DNA from: Eledone cirrhosa
Lineage: Eukaryota
Length of the DNA stretch: 64,000 nucleotides
Assembly: GCA_964016885.1 (NCBI GenBank)
Contig: OZ024747.1
Span: 79,422,001-79,486,000 of the forward strand
Direction of reading: 5' to 3'
The notes under the pieces: model-generated
The model's input: only the letters and a program-made list of their open reading frames with translations
The model's database searches: none
What the model was told of the DNA's origin: nothing
Shown here: positions 53,418-64,000 of the stretch, one piece after another
How the letters are laid out: the number at the start of each line of letters is the position of its first letter
Numbering within the stretch: position 1 is the first letter of the stretch
Made by a program: the position numbers and the translations under genes

Positions 53418-56379
53418 TTAAGGCATCAGTATTTGTTTTGGCTAACTGCACACTGAGTTCAAATCCCACAAAGGATATTTTTACCTTTCATCTTTTTAGG
53501 GTGAATATATAAAGAACCAGTTCATGGGCAGCGGATTGGCTGGATTGTTGGATAGGATGGTGTGTGGTGTCTGATCTGATATTCTCTGTAGAACATATGT
53601 CTGACTGATAGTATCAGCAATGGAAAGACAAACAGAAATATAGTTTTCTTGGTCTGATCTAATGATTGGCTCCTGTTTTGCTGCACTCACTAGTTCCATA
53701 TACAGAGTTAGAAAGTAGGTCAGCTAGGGATTATGTAAATAATTAGATAAACAAAGGAAAGTGTTAATTCTTATCCCATTATACCAAGATATATGATCTG
53801 TCTACTAATCACTCTTGACCAAGAAGAGGAAATGTCATGTTAATTAGAATTAAGAAACTTATTGCCAAAAAAACTTAATTTACCAAATGTTCTTTAATCC
53901 CTCTCATTACCATATTTCTGATGAAGGGCACTACCTAGGGTTTTCAAATAATTTTGAAAATAATCAAGAAAATAGAGGGATTTAGTAATATAACTAACTT
54001 TCTCATTAAGCACATATTTATGAACAGCTATATATATATAAACATACATATGTATGTGTCCAATGTACATATATATATGTCCACATATATATATATTTAC
54101 ATACACACATATATATATAGAAAGAGGTTTACATATATAGATGTATATAGTATATATATATGCAAACATACATACATACATATATAAAGTCTATAGATTT
54201 GAGGAAAACTAGCTATATATATTTTATATTTATGCATGTAAGAAAGTTACCTTAGCAAAGCAGGCTTGTCTTCAGCTATGTAAACAACTTATCTTACCAA
54301 TGTCACTTGGGTCATCTTGTTTGGAAGAAAACTAAGTGAGGGTCACCCTGAAATATAATCTCTTCTCTTAATGCTGCACAAATTTGTCACTAATACTACA
54401 TAGTACAACAGGAGCTGCATAACTTTGGGATGGAGGAGGGTGGGGGAGTATTGTGCCCCACCTTCCATAAAAATATAAAACTGAAGTAGGGGTTTTGATA
54501 TTTAATACCTCTAAAAATGTATATATACGCTTGTTAATAATTAATGATTAATCATTAGTCATTAATCAACCAATTACGTTTACAGTGTGGGACTGGGTGG
54601 TCTGGTTATGAGGTCAGTTGACCGCGCCGTACCTTGCTCATAGCAGGACCGAATTTTAGCTGGGTTTTGACTAGTGAATAACTAATAATTAATGACCAAT
54701 GATTGATGATTAGTGACTATTCTTCGATGATCGATTAGTTTTCCGAATTGGTCAACAATAACATTACCACCTTAAATTTGATAGACAGTTCATGGGAGGT
54801 AACTCTAAATAATATTTGGCGACTTCACTTGAAATATTTTATTATATGACTGTAAACGTATCGTTCTCCCTCCCTTCTGTGCAGGGCTGCTAATACATAC
54901 CTTTGAAAGATTCCAGTGGAGCTTAGTAGTATTCTAACTGAGAACATAGAATAATAAAACAATACAGTTAAGATATTTAGTACATCATTTCATCATTTTA
55001 ACAAACTTGAGCTCATGATAAATGTATGCAAAATAAAAGTGTGACTCATTTACTGTTGTAACGTAAACAATTTTTCCATCTTGTCCGCAAGGTACAGATG
55101 AGATATATGACATAGACAGGGGTATAAAGTCTGCCCCTTCCCCTTTCTCTTATTTTCATGATCTAATTTTTTCTTTCTTATTGCCAAATTATTTACCATT
55201 GATTTCCTATAAGGATTATTGGGCATTGTAAATGTACAATGGAGGTATGACATATGCATGAATATATACGGAATGTGTGTGTGTAACTTCCATGATTCCT
55301 GAAATTCACCAACACTACACCTGATATTCCCCCTGCATACACACGCACACATGTATCTGTGTGTATATCATGACTTATACACTGTTCACTTTCCTGGCCT
55401 TTGTATACCATTCTATGTACTATCCATGCACCTTTGATGAGTTGTAGTGTACCTGAGCACTGTACACAATAATTTTCAATACATATTGAATTATACACGA
55501 GCATATATTATAATTTAGTAAGTAAAAAGCAATAATTTACCATCACAATACATATAACAACAACAACAATAATAAAACCAAGAAAGGGAGGTATTTTTAT
55601 TTTTATTTAATTATTTTTTGTTATATGTTGTTGGGGTTTTTGTATTTTTCTCCAATCAATATTGTTTTGTTTTTTCAAATAATTATCAACAACGTTTATC
55701 ATTTCTCATTTACACAAACTCCAATTTAACAATTTAGAAACAATGTTTTATCTTTATTTATTTATTTGTTGTAAATGTTTCTTCTTGCTAGTTACAATAA
55801 AAATACATAATTTATTATTATTATTATTATTATTATTAAATTAATTTCCTTCTGATCATCATTGTCATCGTTTATTGTCATCATAATCAGATATGTAAAT
55901 TTGTTTCATTATTATAGCTCCCACTTCACAATGTAAATGAGAGTGGGTTTGAAAGGTATATAACGTCACAAAATGTTAATCAGCTTCCATTCACTCTTCT
56001 TTATCCATTTTTTATACTAACATTGGTGGAATTAAAAATAATAATAACAGTCACATAACCAACTGGATCATCACTTGAAAGTTTTCTACTTCATATAGTA
56101 TTGTATATCTTCTTCTCTTCCTAATGTTTAACATCTATTTTCCACACGAGCATGGGTTAGATGGGATATATATACTATACATACATATATATACTATATA
56201 TATATATAACAGAGGGTGTGGTAAGATACGAGGTGGACTGGTTCGGATCTAGCTGTCGAAATGGTCGGAGCTCAGCCATCGACTCTTGTCCTATATATAT
56301 ATATAAATATATATATATGAAGCTGTGCACTCAAGCAGCTTAAAAAAAATGTTGGTATAAACACTACATGAAGAGACAA

Positions 56380-56439
<60 letters not shown>

Positions 56440-56701
56440 TACATATATATATATATATACTGTATGAAGAGCATGACAATCTAATAGAACTCATAACTTT
56501 CCAAGTGACAAACAAGGTAGGTTTTGATTTTAGCAATGCAATGCAAGCTAACAATGACATCTCTGATATCAATTTACTATAATATGAAAATGGAACATTT
56601 GAGAGTGTTAGATGTTTTGGTCAGGGATCACAGAGCTATTTATAGGTGAGAGAACTTATAAAAAAAAAAACATGAGTACATGCACACACACAAAATCACT
56701 G

Positions 56702-56749
<48 letters not shown>

Positions 56750-57479
56750 TACATATATATATTAATATATATGTATATATGAATATATATATATGAATAT
56801 ATGAATATATATGAATATATATGTATGTATGTATATATATATATATATATATATATAAATGTTTGAAATATTTTTCACACAGTACTTCCATATTATCATG
56901 AATATTATTATTTGTGGAATTTCAGAGGGTGGTTATATCCCCCTAGCTCTGTGGTCCCTGTTGGTCATGTATATTGCCCAATGTGCTGGTGATAAGATGT
57001 GAACTCTGAACAGTTCATCCAGAAGATTAATGCCCTATAAACATGGATAGCTGCAACTTCAATAGGAAAGATGTCGTTTATTTTTTGTTTGTTTTACATA
57101 TATTAGCAAATTAAGTTATTTGCGTACTATTGGAGCAATTATATGTTACAGCTTAGTGGTGCTCTTCCTCTTACTAAACACTTAACTGCAATGTAAAATT
57201 GGAGCCACCTGCCAGCCATGTTGACTGAGGCATGCTCAGTTAAATTAAGTGCCTTAAGCCAGAGACCCCATTCAGAGGCTCTAGTAAGGTTTGAACTCAT
57301 GACCATATGGTCAGTGGTTGAGTACTATGAGTACTTTGACCATTAAATCAGTGGTTGAGTACCTTGACCTCACAACCAAGCCAATATTCTTTATAGAAAC
57401 TTATTTTTCCTGAATAATGAAGAGCTAAGAGACACTGCCTACAAAACAGAAGAAAGAAACACACAAAACTAGAAAGTAT

Positions 57480-58010
57480 ATGTTACAGTGTAACAAAAAC
57501 ATCCCTCTGATACTGTTGGTGTTACAAAAGGGTAGCTGACATTTGTTACAACAGTAAGAAGAAAAAAAGGAGTCAACTGACACTGTTTATTATATAATAA
57601 TAATAAAAATAATAAATCCATGTAACAAAATACCAGAGGTATGTTACTATGTAACAAAAACAAAACACTTCTATGTTACTATGTAACAAAAACAGATGCA
57701 TGTTACAATGTAACAAGAGACAAAGTTATGTTACTATGCAACAAAAACAGATGCATGTTACTATGTAACAAAAAGAAAAGTCATGTGTTACTATGTAATA
57801 AAAGATAAAGGCATGTTACTATGTAACAAAAATTACAATTTTATGTTACTGTCTAACAAAAAAAAACATGCTACTATGTAACACAAATAATACAATTTTA
57901 TGTTATTGTGTAACAAACAAAAGAACATGTTACTATGTAACAAAAATAATACAATTTTATGTTACAATGTAACATAAAAGCAGATACGTGTTACTGTATT
58001 TGTAACAGAG
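57480..58010. repeat. Degenerate ~27-32-bp tandem array with palindromic core TGTTACTATGTAACA
   Basis: About 13 clear cores between 57640 and 58010, separated by variable A-rich linkers. Confidence 0.88.
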
Positions 58011-58159
58011 ACAACAGATATATTTTACTAATTAAACAAAATTTAATATACATGTTTTTGTTTTAGCAAAGGACTAGTATAGCTTACTATGTCTATATTA
58101 GTGTATAATATGACGGCAGGGGACTGCAGAGATGTGTATAACAACAGATCAGATGATAT

Positions 58160-58409
58160 ATGATAATGATTTTTTATTTAGACACAAGGCCAACAAGGAG
58201 GGGGAGTGGAGTTGAGTATACCGATCCCAATATATGACTGGTACTTCATTTTATCGACTTTGGAATGATGAATGGCAATATTGAATTATAATAATAATGA
58301 TTTTTAATTTAGACACAAGGCCAGCAATAAATATATGTGTTTATATAAGTGTATAAATGTATGTATATATAAATATTTGTGTGCGTGTATGTGTGTGTGT
58401 GAGTGTATA

Positions 58410-58447
<38 letters not shown>

Positions 58448-61400
58448 TAACTAATGAACAAGTTAGAAAAGCTTTTAATAAATTTCAAAATATGAGAGAA
58501 GAAAAAAACAAGTTGCCCATCATAAAAATTCAAGATGAAGAATAAAGAAATAATAATAATAATGATAATAATAATAATAATTGTTTCTACTTTTGGCACA
58601 AGGCCAGAAATTACCCAGTACATTACTGGTACTTTATTTTATCGACCCCGTAAGGATGAAAGGCAAAGTTAACCTCGGCTGGATTTGAACTCAGTCCGTA
58701 AAGGGACATAACTATGCTAGAAAGCATGGCGTCTGACCCTCTACCGATACTGCCAATTCACCGCCCTTAATAATAATAATTGTTTCTACTTTAGGCACAA
58801 GGCCAGCAATTACCCAGTGCATTACTGGTACTTTATTTTATCGACCCCGTAAGGATGAAAGGCAAAGTCAACCTCGGCGGGATTTGAACTCAGATCGTAA
58901 AGGGACGTAACTATGCTGGAAAGCATGGCGTCCGACCCTCTACCGATACTGCCAATCCACTGCACATACCCAAGGTACATAGAACCGTGCTCAGTAAGGT
59001 AGTTATATCACACAGCGAAATTAAGATTAATGATGATGATAATAATAATAATATTAATGGTTTCTAATTTAGACACAAGGCCAACATTTTAGGTGTGTGG
59101 GGGGAGTTGATTATATCAACCCCAGTATTTCACTGGTACTTTATTTTATCAACCATGGAAGGACAAAAAGCAAAGTTGACTTCAGTGGGATTTGAACTCA
59201 AAATGAATATCGCCAAGTGTTCTACCCAACACCTTTAAGGCTTTACCAATTTGACACCTTCATGATATTAATAATTGTTTCTACTTTTGGCACAAGGCCA
59301 GCGATTATATCAGTGTATTACTGGTACTTTATTTTATCAACCCCGTAGGGATGAAAGGCAAAGTTAACCTTGGCGGGATTTGAACTCAGACCATATGAAT
59401 TATCAACATTCTAGAAGTGTTTGAAATTTCAAAATGTATGAATGCCGAAAATAACTGTAATAACTGTCACCCACTATAGAGAATAGTTGTATAGTGATCA
59501 ACTGTTATGAGTTATTTTCTACATTTGGGACTCTCACATTATTAATAATGTATTTAAATCTTTAAAATATAACAACAAATGAAAATAAAAGCAGTAAAAA
59601 TAACATATTTCACGCTAGACATTTCTATAATTCCTTCACCATATTCCAGTAGAATAGTCATAATTACCAAACGTCAAAATCTATGATATTCAATTCCTAT
59701 ATTCCTTACTATACACATACACACGCATACCTGCGTACACATATACACACTCATACCTGCGTACACACATGCATATCCGCATACACACACACACACAACA
59801 TTTCACATACCACACGAGAAAGAGAAAAATAAGAAAAATAATGCTAACAACAACAACAATTGTAGTAGTAGTAACAATAATAATAATAACAACAATAACA
59901 ATAATAATAATAGTAAAAAATAATAATAATGATTTCTTCTATAGGCACAAGGCCAGCAATCTTTGGAGGAGAGGGGAAGTCAATTAAATTGACTCCAGTG
60001 TGTGACTGATAAAATAATATGGTTTCTAACTTTAGCACAATGCCAGAAATTTTGGAGTAAGGGGTTAGTGGATAGTTGAATAACTAGACTTCAATATTTT
60101 ACTGGTACTTTATATTTTAACAATCTTGATAGGATTTGAACTCAGAAGATAAAGTCTAAAGTCTGTCTCAGGCCAGAAGGCTCATGAGACCGGTGCTTAT
60201 TCTGGTTTTGTGGTATGAAGCGACTTTAAAGGGTCACCATAATAACATGTTGTAAAGCTTTTTGTCTGATTCTCCACCAATTCTGTCAATTCACCATTCT
60301 TAACTGCTACTTAACTGGTACTTTATTTTATTGACCCCCAGAAAGATGAAATCAAAGTTGATTTCAGTGGAATTTGAACTCAGAATGTAGAGTTGAAGTA
60401 AATACCAAAGGACTTGGTCCAATGCTCTAACAATTCTACCAACCCACCACTTTTATAATAGTAATAATTATAGTGTTTCTACTTTTGGTACAAAGCCAGC
60501 AATTACCCCAGGGCATTGCTTGTACTTTATCCAAAAGGATGAAAGGCAAAGTTAACCTTGACGGGATTTGAAAGAGGAACGTAAAGGGTCATAACTCTAT
60601 GCTGCAAAGAATGGTGTCCGACGACCTACCGATACTGCCAAACCACCAATAATAATAATAATAATCATCATCATCATCATTACTGTTTAACGTCCATTAG
60701 TAATAATAAAACTCTGGTGTAAGGCAACACATTTGTAAATAAGGAGCATAAATGTTAGAATCAACTCCAGTATATACTTGATCATCATCATCATCATCAT
60801 CATCAACATGATGACAAAGTGTGATCAAACCTGGCACTTAATGATTGAGAAATGAACACATTAACCCACCCACCCATGCCTGCACCCGAGATACTTATTT
60901 AAATAACAATAACAATCATTCCTTACATTGGTAGAAGTCCACAATGTTTGTGTAGTAATTCAAATACCCTCACACCCAATCCCTGTTATTTTATTTAATC
61001 AACCTTAGAAGAATGAAAGGCCAAGTGAATATAACAAACAACAACAATAATGAAATTATTGTGTACAGTGCTCAGGTGCACTACAACTCATCAAAGGTGT
61101 ATATATAGTACATAGAATAATGTACAAATGTCAAGGGAGGTAACTACTAGTTATTTGCACTGACATTCTATCCACTTCAGTTTACTAAAAATATATAAAA
61201 TAATAATAATGATAATTGTTTCTACTTTTGGCACAAGGCCAGCAATTATCCCAGTGCATTACTGGTACTTTATTTTATCGGCCCCGTAAGGATGAAAGGC
61301 AAAGTTAACCTCAGCGGGATTTGAACTCAGACCGATACTGCCAATCCGCTACCTAATAATAATAATAATAATAATAGCTTCTAATATAGGCACAATGTCC

Positions 61401-62340
61401 CTTCTCTGATTCTTATTTTATTGACTACAGAAGGATGAAAAGCAAAGTCAATCTCTAGAAAGGGATTTAAATTTACACGGTAAAAGGGATGTAACTAAAT
61501 GTCACAACACATTTTGTCCGATGCTCAAACGATTCTTCCAATCTACCACCCTACTACTACTAATAATTACAATAACAATTAGATCAGCACAAGGCCACAC
61601 ATTTATAGAGAAGAGGCATAGTCAATTGAATTGGTCCCTCAGTATGTTACTGGTACATTTAACAAGATGATGATGATGATAATTTCTTACCAAGGTACAA
61701 AAGTGTGAGAGAAATGAGAGACATTACAGCAATCATGTAGTTTCCCCTGTAAGTAAAGTAATTCTAACTAGGATTTGAAACTCATTTGTTTCCCTAATTA
61801 ATCACTAAATACTAATTACAGTATAAAACCTGCAACTAAACAACACTGCATATACTCACGGTACCCACAACTGTGCTCAGTAATGCAGTGACAACACAAT
61901 ATATAAAACTAATGATGATAATAAAAATAGTTTCTAATTTATGCACAAGGCCAGCAATTTCAGGTGAAGGGAAAGCTGGTTAAATTAATCCCAGTACTTG
62001 ACTGGTACTTTATTGTATCGTCTGTGGAAGGATGAAAGGCAGAGTGGGATTTAAACATAGAATGTAAAGAGCTGGTACTCATACCATAAAGTGTCTGGTG
62101 CTCTAACAATTCTCTCAATCCACCATACTACAAAATAATAGGTACAAGGCCAACAACTTTGGAGGGAGGGAAAATTGATTAAATCTACCCCAGACATTAC
62201 TGGTACTTTATCTATTAACCCCTGTAAGGATAAAAGGGCAAAGCTGACCTCGGTGGGATTTGAACTCAGAATGTAAAGAGCTGTAACTCTATGCCACAAA
62301 GTATAATGTCTGATGCTCTACCGATACTGCTAATCCACAA
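58160..62340 (-). mobile_element. Dense cluster of same-orientation SINE family A copies separated by (AAT)n
   Basis: More than a dozen full or partial copies, e.g. 58575..58766, 58778..58962, 59270..59392, 61212..61352. Confidence 0.85.
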
Positions 62341-64000
62341 AATAATAGTAATAATAATAATAATAGTAATAATATGTAATTTTGTTACAGGGGTGTACGT
62401 TTCAAAAGAAATGTAGGGATGGGTAATAGTGACTACAATTCTTGTCTGATAAAAGAATATGGTACCTCTATATACTCTATATAGAAAAATACTCTATGGG
62501 ACCTTTTTTTAATTGAGGTCTGAAGCAAGTGGTTATTTTGTTTAATGGTTAATACAGGGTTACCTTAGAGGGATAAAACAAAGTAAAGTGAAAACAGAAT
62601 AAGATTTGAACTCAGAATGCAAATAATAATCACAACACTAAGGCTTATTATTATTATTATCATTATTATTATCATCATCATCATTACTGTATGGTCATTA
62701 TTACTGAAGCAATCAAATATCTACAATACATCGGCAAGGGAGCAAAAAGAGTTAAAGTATGGAAGCTTTTAAGTGATATTTTATATAATTTGGTTTAAAA
62801 GAAAAGAATTATGACAGAAATGAAAAAAAAAAAATTGAAGATAGTGAGGGCCTCCTAAATATTGGCAGTATTGATCTGAATGTTGAATAATCTTTTTTTT
62901 TTTCAAGACAAAAATGTATAAAGGAGAGCAAATAACTAATCATTGATGTTCGCTGTAATTGAATTGGTCCTAATTAATTATTAGTGCTTATTTTACCAAC
63001 TTCAGTAGGAAGAGAAGCAAAGATGAGGAACAAATCTTACAAAACTTGCATAACAATCCATAAACTGTATATATTATTTAGTAGCTTCTACACTATCATC
63101 TACCAAACTCCAGTCACATCAGTCATCAGTCACACATAAATTGACCTTTTACATAAGTTGATTCACAATTTTCTATTTGTTGGATAACCGTTGTCTTAAC
63201 TTTCTCTTTTTAACTTTTATATTATATAGTCAAAATATTGAGTATTTTAAATTTTATACAAACGCGTATATACACAGTATTTTTGTATATATAATAATTT
63301 AGTCATGATAAAATATTTTATGACACACTTATTATTCGATGACTTTTACACCCATACCCTCAATATGAACTGAGTGTATAAATATAAACTGAACCTTGTT
63401 TCATAATAACTTGACATTCAAGCTCTATTTTCAACTTGAAGTTGTTGTGATGTAATTAAACATTATTATACATCGATTTGGTGTAATAGTCATTATCAAA
63501 CTTATATAATAACTTTAAAATACAACATTTAGACGATAAAACAGCTAAAATGTTATGATGTCAGAATGTGAATGTATGGCAAGTTAGAGATATTAACTGC
63601 TTCGACTGACCAAGAGGTGGTCAGCAGATGAAAATATATTCAACCAACACACTTCAATCATGATGGAAGTTTAGTCAGTTTTTATGTTAAGGATTCAGTT
63701 GATCCATTGACTAAACATCCAAGTCATGAATTAACTTGTAAGAGTTTGAGTGTTCCACAGATACACATATCATTAACAATTCTAAAACTGAATCAACATG
63801 AAACAATATGTGACAAAGCTGAACCTTTGATAAAAGTACAACCCATCCAAAATGTTTTTACACAGCTTAGATCTACCCAGTTTTACTTACAAGTCTTTGG
63901 TCAACTGAGGCTATGGTAAAGACACATGCTTGCTTGAGATGTGATACAGGGTTCAAACCTGAGACCTCATGATTGTAAAACAAACTTCTTAACCATTCAG

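Noticed and set aside
57480-58010. CRISPR array
   Set aside because: Cores are only 15 bp, the linkers are short, A-rich and related to each other, and there are no cas genes

Overview
AT-rich, microsatellite-dense eukaryotic DNA, not prokaryotic. The SINE and microsatellite landscape suggests an octopod cephalopod (inference). Two host genes can be supported: a 7-exon FAAP100-like gene (Fanconi anemia core complex-associated protein 100; + strand, CDS 9560..17246, about 837 aa) and a CD225/dispanin-family membrane protein gene (- strand, CDS 32630..33163). The rest is mostly repeats: tRNA-derived SINEs, decayed CR1- and RTE-type LINE fragments, piggyBac-like and Tc1/mariner-like MITEs, and several tandem arrays. 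Two observations stand out. (1) Several unrelated short, non-coding fold-back elements sit in (TA)n tracts, and some carry minimal type I hammerhead ribozymes in both arms and share a tail motif (Penelope-like/retrozyme-like system). (2) A frameshifted parvoviral NS1 (SF3 helicase) endogenous viral element is inserted inside a SINE copy. Most ORFs in the supplied track are microsatellite artefacts. All coordinates were read by eye and may be off by a few bases.
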